In this document: positions 38,301-50,300 of the stretch, one piece after another
Numbering within the stretch: the stretch's first letter is position 1
Layout of the letters: every line of letters begins with the position of its first letter
Assembly (NCBI RefSeq): GCF_964204645.1
Contig: NC_134028.1
Coordinates: forward strand, 26,284,345 to 26,348,344
Source: Tubulanus polymorphus
Taxonomy: Eukaryota; Animalia; Nemertea
DNA: 64,000 nt
Direction of reading: 5' to 3'
Notes under the pieces: model-generated
What the model was told of the DNA's origin: nothing
Databases searched by the model: none
The model's input: the letters and a program-made list of their open reading frames with translations, nothing else
Position numbers and translations under genes: made by a program

Positions 38301-41300
38301 CATAAAAATAAATGCTGCCGACCGGGCCTATTACCTTCTTATTTTTATGATGCAGATAAAAACCGACCGGGTGGGTCAATATAAGTAGTATATGGTAATG
38401 AAGTTACTTGTTTAAAATCAGATGCCAAATAGCGTGAGGTCGGGACTTGAACCTACGCCAACACTCCTGGGTAGAATCGCCGTTGTTCCAGAACCCGTAA
38501 CGTCGACTGGTGTCCAGACTTCTAGATTAGTCTGGACACCTTTGCTTTTAACAGAAATACACTCGATCATTTCGACTTAATCACTCAATCATTTCGACTT
38601 TCGAAACTCTTGTTTCATAAAGAAATTAAAAAAAATGTTTTTGAAGTTGAAATTTAAAAATTAGATTCAAATTGGAAATATAAGGTAATTTATATTTGGT
38701 TCATGCTAATGATGATGATTCTTGTCTGGGATTTGGAGATTTTTATAATTTCATTTACTTTTAGATATTTAATTCGTGGCACTAAATAAGTATTTTCATG
38801 CGTTTGAATCACGCCAACTCCCCATACTAATGGCGTTTCTTCGATATTTACTAAAGCTTATTCTATAGAACGCTTTGTAGCCATGAGCGAAAAATCCTCG
38901 GTAGTTGGGAATGATCCAAGGTTTGGCAGCTAAACTAGGCAGAGTCTCTTGCTTATTGTTTCCATTCTGGCTATTTAGAAAAATAGTTGAATAGTTAACG
39001 TACCCTCGAAAATTGGGGAAAACAGGAAGATATGAATGAACCAACATCTGGAAATCAAACTAGACCTACAAGTATACTATAATGGTATTTGACAAACAGT
39101 AAGAACTTCTAAAAACCATATCCTGTACATCTTTTTTATCTCAAAAATTTCAGTGGAAACAGTTTTGAAATGAAAATAAAGAAAGGCCGGCCTGGTGGAA
39201 ATATGTCAAATTTCATACTTTTTATGGAAAAAATAAAAATAAAATGCTGCCTGCCTGGTCACTTTTGGGCATACAGTTTTCCTCTATAGATGAGAAACAA
39301 GGTATCATTTTTGGCCATTTATATAGGTTTCGAATTGTTCTACCAGTGTCCCCGTACACAATCAAAGTTCGGTAAAGTGCAGCAATACACCATCTATCAA
39401 AAAAATAAGTATTTTTCGAACAGATCTGCACTTCTTGCACCGTGACTGATAGTAATATTTATTTGTAGGAATCCTGCAATAACATTCAAAATGAAGTTGA
39501 TTTGACCAGCTCATCGAATTCGAGTTGCATAGAATCGACCATATCCTCACCGATAACATATGCTGATATTGTTAAAGCCATGCAAACCTCTTTGTTAGCC
39601 GCTTCTGAAGAAAGCGATGATGACGGAAACAACGGCAGCAGTAGCAGCATTGACAAGGAAATTGATAAAGGTGCATTAAAAAATAAGGCCGAGTATATTC
39701 GGCTGACATCGAATGCAGCAACATCGTTATGGTCAAAAGCCTCCTTGATATCCCCAACGTATGCTGACATATTGAAGGCTACTCCACAATCGAAAAGTGG
39801 GTCTAAAAGTCAACCGGAAATGGAATCTAGAGCTGTGCCTGAAAAAACACCACCTGTATGTGTTGAGCAAAGGAATAGTGAAATAGTGCACTCAACCTAC
39901 GCCGATAAGTTGAAGGCCAACCAGCGAGTGAAATCACCCGCTAATGATTTTTCTACACATAGCTCGCTGGATGAATCGGAAATTGAGCCTATGGAATGCT
40001 CAAATGAATCAGTAGTGCGAAACGATATAGAGTCGTCGAATGATATTTCATCACTTTCGCCAACGTATGCCGACATATTGAGAACGAATCCACAATCAAG
40101 CGGCGAGACTAAAAAAGAACCCGAACGGGAATCTACACCTAAAATAACAGTACCACCGGAAGTAAGGACACCACCTCAATATGCGGAGCTACAAAGAACT
40201 GCAAAACCTCCATCGTATGACGAAGTCATGCGAAACCGACAGGCCTATGTCCTCGATGACGAAAAAATAAATGGACCAAATCGGATGACATCAATTAACG
40301 AACAAGACGTTGAACCAATCGATACAAAAAACATAGAATTTAAACGGAATCCACCGCGGCATAAACGTAAACGTTATACCGACTTTTATCGTCCAACGGT
40401 CTTCCATCGCTTAGACAGTGGGAATATTAAATACTGCTACTGCCAGGAACCAAACGATGGGGATCCTATGGTGGAATGCGATTATTGTGGCAACTGGTTT
40501 CACTATCGATGTATGAAAACAGACATCAACACGCAAAATTTTACAGATGAAACAGCCGTATTCTGCTGTTCCAGTTGCACCTCTACTTTCATTCGTGGTT
40601 CTAGCAAACGGGGCATCGTGAACATAAAAAACACATGTTGGCTAATATCGGCAATACAAGCATTTTTGTCAACAAGTTATGCCGGATTTCTGCGGACGAT
40701 GGATGTCGAGCGACCTGTGCAACGGGTAACTGATGTGGTTCAAAGGAAAATCCTTCGGATTAAAGATCAACTGTCGTGCATTATACAAATGGTTTGTACT
40801 GATACGTTTGATGAACCGTATGTGGGAAGAGAATTTATGGACACCTTGATTGAAAGTGTTAATGAACTCCTTCCTGGAGTATCTAACGGTATTATGTTTG
40901 ATTGTGACGATTTTGTACGCCAAATATTGACAAAACTGCTTGTGATGTTCGATCGCCAGGATAAACTTCGCTTTATCACAAAAACCTACTGTAAGCGTTT
41001 GAACCATCATCACGAATACATAAACAATGACCAACAATTTAATGAATTATTGATAGGTCGCTACGCTATTCCGAATGATGATATAATGATGGCAATTCGG
41101 CGCTACTTCGAGGAAGAACGCAGAGACTGTCGATGCCCATGTCCACATTGTGAAACACAGCGTCAGCGTGAAACAGAAGAAGTCAGATATATACAAAAGA
41201 TAATTAATCTGCCAAAAACGCTGATCGTAAATATGGCCCGTTGCAGGATTAACTATGAGGACGGATCACTTTTTAAGAATATGGACCCGGTGAAGCCGTC

Positions 41301-44300
41301 GTCGATATTAGATATGACATCATTCATGGGTGCTGACGCACCGCAGTATGCATCTCGGTGTTACTGGTTGTCCGCAGTTATTGTGCATCGAGGTTTCGCA
41401 GCAGATAGTGGTCATTATGTAACCTATCGATTCAACCGCGATGGGACCGTTACTTTATTCGATGACAGCGTGGTCAAAATTGTTCACCCACAATTAGCGG
41501 ATGCGGATATCACTATCAATGGACAGATGTTCATATATACGATAGATAACATCCACTGTGACGGGATACCAAAAACACAGGCCGAAAATTTGAAAGAAGT
41601 TAAACAAATGGAAAACCGATCTATTTCACCAAGGAAGTGCCGGTCACCAAATTCTCATGAATCGATTCATGAATACAAAAGTCCATCGTTCGAAGATAAA
41701 ACGGTAAGTAGCGTGACGATGACAGACGATGACATTCTGAGTCACAGGACATTGGAGGCGCTTTCAAATACAATAGTAGAAATTGATGCATATGAAGCTC
41801 CGACACCGGAACCGGCACTATTTCAGTTAAAGGCTGACGAATGGAATGAACTCATAAAAAAAGCAACCGTTATAACATCAAAGAAAAAGCCAGCTCAAAG
41901 ACAAAGATCTCTACCACCGAATTGGGTAAACATATTTCATGACTATATAAAAGAAAGCAATCCACATTGTACCATACAATTCAAGGGTCACCGAGTACGA
42001 GCAGCAAAATCAAGAAAAAGAAATGCTCCTTTATTTACAGCAACGGGTTATTGCAGCATTGGAAAGAACGAAGAAGATGTAAGGGAGTGCCCTTGTTCTA
42101 TAAAGCTGGTGATGAATGATCAATTAAATTGCATAGTTACATACACAGGTACAATACTACACGAGAAAGGTTGCAATAGCCGTAGATATTTCAGAGCAAA
42201 TGAAAGAGATGAGATGAAAGCCCAATTACTGGATGAAAAGCATCCCCGTAAATTACAAGATAGACATATAAGTCAACTTACAAAAACACAGCTAGCTTCC
42301 GGCAATTGGTCAGGTGCAACCGTATCCAGTGATGTTTATAGAAGTATGCAACATGAAGCCAGAAGAGGACTTCAAATGAATGATGATGTGTGGAAGAGTC
42401 TTATTGAAATGAAACAAAAATTCAAAATTGAAGACGGACTCGATGATGAGGACTTACCAGGATATGTACATCATATTGGAATAGATCCGGCCACCATACA
42501 TCTCTATTCCCACGCAGGAATTAAAGCATATCACGACCTTGCAACAAACTTTCCCATATATTATGATGCAACGGGGTCAATTATAAGGAAGCAAAAAGAT
42601 GGACCAGATTACTACTATCATGCATTAGTTATTCACAATCCAAACGTCAAACCAAGCACTCCTTTAGCAATAGCTGAGATGATAACCCGAAGCCAAAATG
42701 CACCCACAATTATATCATGGTTGGCAAACATCCAGCACGCTGAAAAACGAATTTACGGGTACAAAAATACGATATCACCATGCATTATTTCAGCTGATAG
42801 AAGCGCAACATTTTTGTTAGCCTGGTCGAAAATGATTAATTCTGAAGACGTTGCAGATCACTTGCAGAGAGCGTACCGAATAGTAACCGGTGAAGCTTCA
42901 AAAGATGATTTAGGAAAAACCATATACCATATGGGATGTTGCCACCTTATGAAGGATGCTAAAGTAATGGTGAAAAAGTACTATGCAGCAAATTATCGAC
43001 TCGGCATGTACATTTTCAGCGTACTGGCAAACGTCTCTAACCTGAAACGTTTTGAAGATCTATACTACAGCATTTGTTACGTATTGATTTCACAAAAAAA
43101 CTCACCAAAAACTGCTGAGCACATGCATAGACTGCAAGCTGCACTGGAAACATTGGGCACAGAGGAAGAAGATGTTATAAAAAGCACCTATGTCGAACCC
43201 GAGGTAAAAAATAACGATGATGAGGGCGGGGATGAAGAGATGTCTAATCGTTTGACAGAAGAAGAATTCATTCATTCGAATAAAACTTCGTCATTTGCTA
43301 AAATGGGTAAGAAAATACTGGAGAGGGTGCGAGCGGATATCTTGACAGAACGTGCAAACGAGTACATTGAGGAAAACCCTGCAGTATCAGAAACATTACT
43401 GAAGAAGATACAAAGTCATTACATTCCGACTATACCATTATGGTCTAACATGCTGCGTGGGGACCTCAGACGACACTTCCCAAACGGAAGTTCGCAGCGT
43501 GAATTCGTTCGCCTCACCGGTACCGTACCCAAAACACAAGGATTAATTGAAGAATTTTGGAAAGATGTCAAAGGTTCGATGACCAATTACATTCGCTGGC
43601 GCCCAGATGTATTTGTATCTAAAGCCAAAGATTTCCACGTATCCAGGTGCAAAAAGTTTTTCATGCAGTCTACTTTAAAGAAAAAGACAAAGCGTGCTGG
43701 GAAACGATTAAAAAGTCTGACGAAAGAGAAGTGGCATCATACGCCAACAGTTCTAGGCAGAAAAATGACTGGTAACAGTAACACAAAGAAAAAAGGCCAC
43801 TTCCAAAAACCTCCCAAAACTCCAGTGACAGCTCGAAAAAAAACTGATTCCACAAAATTGCAGAAAAAGATCACTCAGGCAGGAGAAAAGAACAAAGCAA
43901 TTGGCATTTCAACAAAACGGAAATTGACCTTCGAACCAATGATCAAAAAAGTTAAGTTTGATAACTCCACACTCAACAGAAGTGACCACGAAAAGACGGT
44001 AAACGAAATAAACTTCCATCCAGGAAATACATCAACCCCTAAAATGAAGAAGGTGATCACATTTAACAAACCTAAAAATTCTGTTGAAGTCATCACAATA
44101 TCACCTGAGCAACAAGAGAAAAACAACAAAAAGATCGTCTTCAGACACGCCTATCACTTGTCATTAAAGGTAATAGGAAGTATCTTGAATTCAAAGGAAT
44201 GGCTAACCGATGAAGTGATTCATGCATATGCAGAAGCTGTTTTCTGTAATACTAATGCCAATTTCCTAACAAGTTTTTTCTACAGCGCCTGCTTGAATAA

Positions 44301-47300
44301 AAATCAAACCACAGATCCAGTGGTATATCTCAAAGATGACATTACTGATAAAAAGTATATCTTTATACCAATCAATAGATCTAATCATCATTGGGTATGC
44401 GTTATCATCAATACCGAAGCAAGGCATTTGATATATCTAGATCCTACCAATAGAAGTGGCCCTACACTGCATGGACAACAGGCAATAAAGGTGATAAAGG
44501 ATGTTTTTCAACGGAAAATGGGAGAAACCTTCATGGAAAACTGGACAGAGCTATACGACCCACCAAGTAAAACTCTGCAAATTGACTTAAGCAACTGTGG
44601 TGTATACATTTGTGCATATTTCGAATCAATGTTGATATCATCAAAATTGTCATTCAATCTCAGGGAAAACTGGACAGCATTAAAGTATCGGAAGAAGATG
44701 CATGCTATTCTGATGAAAGCCAAGTCTAATGCAGTTACCTATTAAAAAGTCTAATGCAAAGTATCCACAAGGGTCAACAGTTTGTATGTTGGTTTGTTGA
44801 GGTTCTGAAATATCACTTTCCTATCAGGGTCGAGTCATCGGTCCACGCGATGCCAGTACCCACTAGGATCAATAGTTTGTATATGTCGGGTTTTTTTAAA
44901 GTTCTGAAATATCAATTTTCCCTATGAGGGTCGAGTCATCGGTCCACGCGATGCCAGCACCCACTAGGATCAATAGTTTGTATATGTCGGGTTTTTTTAA
45001 AGTTCTGAAATATCAATTTTCCCTATGAGGGTCGAGTCATCGGTCCACGCGATGCCAGTACCCACTAGGATCAATAGTTTGTATATGTCGGGTTTTTTTA
45101 AAGTTCTGAAATATCAATTTTCCCTATGAGGGTCGAGTCATCGGTCCACGCGATGCCAGTACCCACTAGGGTCAATAGTTTGTATATGTCGGTTTGTTGA
45201 GGTTCTGAAATATCAATTTTCCCTATGAGGGTCGAGTCATCGGTCCACGCGATGCCAGTACCCACTAGGATCAATAGTTTGTATATGTCGGGTTTTTTTA
45301 AAGTTCTGAAATATCAATTTTCCCTATCAGGGTCGAGTCATCGGTCCACGCGATGCCAGTACCCACTAGGATCAATAGTTTGTATATGTCGGGTTTTTTA
45401 AAGTTCTGAAATATCAATTTTCCCTATGAGGGTCGAGTCATCGGTCCACGCGATGCCAGTATCCACTAGGGTCAATAGTTTGTATATGTCGGGTTTTTTT
45501 AAAGTTCTGAAATATCAATTTTCCCTATGAGGGTCGAGTGATCGGTCCACGCGATGCCAGTACCCACTAGGGTCAATAGTTTGTATATGTCGGTTTGTTG
45601 AGGTTCTGAAATATCAATTTTCCCTATGAGGGTCGAGTCATCGGTCCACGCGATGCCAGTATCCACTAGGGTCAATAGTTTGTATATGTCGGTTTGTTGA
45701 GGTTCTGAAATATCAATTTTCCCTATGAGGGTCGAGTCATCGGTCCACGCGATGCCAGTATCCACTAGGGTCAATAGTTTGTATATGTCGGGTTTTTTAA
45801 AGTTCTGAAATATCAATTTTCCCTATCAGGGTCGAGTCATCGGTCCACGCGATGCCAGTACCCACTAGGGTCATTGTATATGTCGGTTTATTGAGGTTCT
45901 CAAATATCAATTTTCCCTATGAGGGTCGAGTCATCGGTCCACGCGATGCCAGTACCTACTAGGGTCAATAGTTTGTATATGTCGGGTTTTTTAAAGTTCT
46001 GAAATATCAATTTTCCCTATCAGGGTCGAGTCATCGGTCCACGCGATGCCAGTACCCACTAGGGTCATTGTATATGTCGGTTTATTGAGGTTCTCAAATA
46101 TCAATTTTCCCTATGAGGGTCGAGTCATCGGTCCACGCGATGCCAGTACCTACTAGGGTCAATAGTTTGTATATGTCGGTTTATTGAGGTTCTGAAATAT
46201 CACTTTTCCCTGTCAGGGTCGAGTCATCGGTCCACGCGATGCCAGTACCCACTAGGATCAATAGTTTGTATATGTCGGGTTTTTTAAAGTTCTGAAATAT
46301 CACTTTTCCCTGTCAGGGTCGAGTCATCGGTCCACGCGATGCCAGTACCCACTAGGATCAATAGTTTGTATATGTCGGGTTTTTTTAAAGTTCTGAAATA
46401 TCAATTTTCCCTATGAGGGTCGAGTCATCGGTCCACGCGATGCCAGTACCCACTAGGATCAATAGTTTGTATATGTCGGGTTTTTTTAAAGTTCTGAAAT
46501 ATCAATTTTCCCTATGAGGGTCGAGTCATCGGTCTACGCGATGCCAGTACCCACTAGGATCAATAGTTTGTATATGTCGGGTTTTTTTAAAGTTCTGAAA
46601 TATCAATTTTCCCTATGAGGGTCGAGTCATCGGTCCACGCGATGCCAGTACCCACTAGGATCAATAGTTTGTATATGTCGGGTTTTTTTAAAGTTCTGAA
46701 ATATCAATTTTCCCTATGAGGGTCGAGTCATCGGTCCACGCGATGCCAGTACCTACTAGGGTCAATAGTTTGTATATGTCGGTTTATTGAGGTTCTGAAA
46801 TATCACTTTTCCCTATCAGGGTCGAGTCATCGGTCCACGCGATGCCAGTACCCACTAGGGTCAATAGTTTGTATATGTCGGGTTTTTTTAAAGTTCTGAA
46901 ATATCAATTTTCCCTATGAGGGTCGAGTCATCGGTCCACGCGATGCCAGCACCCACTAGGATCAATAGTTTGTATATGTCGGGTTTTTTTAAAGTTCTGA
47001 AATATCAATTTTCCCTATGAGGGTCGAGTCATCGGTCCACGCGATGCCAGTATCCACTAGGGTCAATAGTTTGTATATGTCGGTTTGTTGAGGTTCTGAA
47101 ATATCACTTTTCCCTATGAGGGTCGAGTCATCGGTCCACGCGATGCCAGTACCCACTAGGATCAATAGTTTGTATATGTCGGGTTTTTTTAAAGTTCTGA
47201 AATATCAATTTTCCCTATGAGGGTCGAGTCATCGGTCCACGCGATGCCAGTACCCACTAGGATCAATAGTTTGTATATGTCGGGTTTTTTTAAAGTTCTG

Positions 47301-50300
47301 AAATATCAATTTTCCCTATGAGGGTCGAGTCATCGGTCCACGCGATGCCAGTACCCACTAGGATCAATAGTTTGTATATGTCGGGTTTTTTAAAGTTCTG
47401 AAATATCACTTTTCCCTATGAGGGTCGAGTCATCGGTCCACGCGATGCCAGTATCCACTAGGGTCAATAGTTTGTATTTGTCGGTTTATTGAGGTTCTGA
47501 AATATCAATTTTCCCTATGAGGGTCGAGTCATCGGTCCACGCGATGCCAGTACCCACTAGGGTCAATAGTTTGTATATGTCGGTTTGTTGAGGTTCTGAA
47601 ATATCAATTTTCCCTATGAGGGTCGAGTCATCGGTCCACGCGATGCCAGTACCCACTAGGATCAATAGTTTGTATATGTCGGGTTTTTTAAAGTTCTGAA
47701 ATATCACTTTTCCCTATGAGGGTCGAGTCATCGGTCCACGCGATGCCAGTATCCACTAGGGTCAATAGTTTGTATATGTCGGGTTTTTTTAAAGTTCTGA
47801 AATATCAATTTTCCCTATCAGGGTCGAGTCATCGGTCCACGCGATGCCAGTATTTACTAGGGTCAATAGTTTGTATTTGTCGGTTTATTGAGGTTCTGAA
47901 ATATCAATTTTCCCTATGAGGGTCGAGTGATCGGTCCACGCGATGCCAGTACCCACTAGGGTCAATAGTTTGTATATGTCGGTTTGTTGAGGTTCTGAAA
48001 TATCAATTTTCCCTATGAGGGTCGAGTCATCGGTCCACGCGATGCCAGTATCCACTAGGGTCAATAGTTTGTATATGTCGGGTTTTTTAAAGTTCTGAAA
48101 TATCAATTTTCCCTATGAGGGTCGAGTCATCGGTCCACGCGATGCCAGTATCCACTAGGGTCAATAGTTTGTATTTGTCGGTTTATTGAGGTTCTGAAAT
48201 ATCAATTTTCCCTATGAGGGTCGAGTCATCGGTCCACGCGATGCCAGTACCCAATAGGGTCATTGTATATGTCGGTTTGTTGAGGTTCTGAAATTTCAAT
48301 TTTCCCTATCAGGGTCGAGTCATCGGTCCACGCGATGCCAGTACCCAATAGGGTCAATAGTTTGTATATGTCGGGTTTTTTAAAGTTCTGAAATATCAAT
48401 TTTCCCTATCAGGGTCGAGTCATCGGTCCACGCGATGCCAGTACCCACTGGGGCCAATACTTTGTATGTAATACGTACATTTGTTTTTTAAAGGTATAGA
48501 TTTTCAGCTCAGAAGATTATTCCATGAGATGGTTTATGGCAAGAAAAGATGGTTTCAAGAAGATAATTCCATGGCAAAGTCTATCCCCGTATCATAGGCC
48601 CTTATAAGGGCCACTCATATGTCCAGAAAGAGCAGTTTGTGCAGCGCCTCCTCGCTTTGCTTCAAATTTTTACATTTAACTTCATATAAGTAGCCAACGA
48701 AAGGAGGTATAAACCGTGAGAAATTTTAATGAAACGTCATTTTCATTAATTATGTTTTACGTGTTCGTGTTCGTTTTGAATATCGCTCCATGGTGCAAAT
48801 GTTTATTGCAATACCACGTAAAAACCAATGCACAGACTTCTGCCTAACATCAACTTATAGATATTAAAAAAATTCAGATAAAAGAAATTCTTTTTGTCTT
48901 AAGTCAACTTAAAGAATAGAGTTTCCTGAATATTATACTTGATTTTCAGAAAGCCTCAGGTTTTAGTTTAAGAGTAATTTGATTTTGAATTTTAACTTTT
49001 TAAATATCGCGCAATGATGTAATCGTGTATTGAAATGACGCTTTTTTTACTATGATCGAATCAATGCACAGACATCTGCCTTAAATCAACTTAAAGAATA
49101 GAGTTTCCTGAATATTATACTGGATTTTCAGAAAGCCTCAGGTTTTAGTTTTAGAGAAACATGATTTTGAATTTCAACTTTTTAAATATCGCGCGATGAT
49201 GCAATCGTGTATTGAAATGACGCGTTTTTTTACTATGATCAAATCAATGCACAGACATCTGCCTTAAATCATCTTAAAGAATAGAGTTTGCTTATTAATA
49301 TACTTAATTTTCAGGAACCCTCAGGTTTTAGTTTGAGAGAAATTTAATTTTGAATTTTTACTTTTTAAATATCGTGCCATGATGTTATCGTGTATTGAAA
49401 TGACGCGTTTTTTACTATGATCGAATCAATGCACAGACATCTGCCTTAAATCAACTTAAAGAATAGAGTTTCCTTATTAATATACTTGATTTTCGGAAAG
49501 CCTCAGGTTTTAGTTTTAGAGAAATTTAATTTTGAATTTTTACTTTTTAAATATCGTGCCATGATGTAATCGTGTATTGAAATGACGCGTTTTTTACTAT
49601 GATCGAATCAATGCACAGACATCTGCCTTAAATCAACTTAAAGAATAGAGTTTCCTTATTAATATACTTGATTTTCGGAAAGCCTCAGGTTTTAGTTTTA
49701 GAGAAATTTGATTTTGAATTTTAAATTTCTGAATATCGCGCCATGATGCAATCGTGTATTGAAATGACGCGTTTTTTTACTATGATCAAATCAATGCACA
49801 GACATCTGCCTTAAATCAACTTAAAGAATAGAGTTTCCTTATTAATATACTTGATTTTCGGAAAGCCTCAGGTTTTAGTTTTAGAGAAATTTGATTTTGA
49901 AATTTAAATTTCTGAATATCGCGCCATGATGCAATCGTGTATTGAAATGACGCGTTTTTTTACTATCATCGAATCAATGCACAGACATCTGCCTTGAATC
50001 AACTTAAAGAATAGAGTTTCCTGAATATTATACTGGATTTTCAGAAAGCCTCAGGTTTTAGTTTTAGAGAAACATGATTTTGAATTTTAACTTTTTAAAT
50101 ATCGCGCCATGATGCAATCGTGTATTGAAATGACGCGTTTTTTTACTATGATCAAATCAATGCACAGACATCTGCCTTAAATCATCTTAAAGAATAGAGT
50201 TTCCTGAATATTATACTGGATTTTCAGAAAGCCTCAGGTTTTAGTTTTAGAGAAACATGATTTTGAATTTTAACTTTTTAAATATCGCGCAATGATGCAA

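Noticed and set aside
45499-48106. Track ORFs within the 101-bp array
   Set aside because: They are repetitive translations broken by frameshifts, because unit lengths are mostly not multiples of three.
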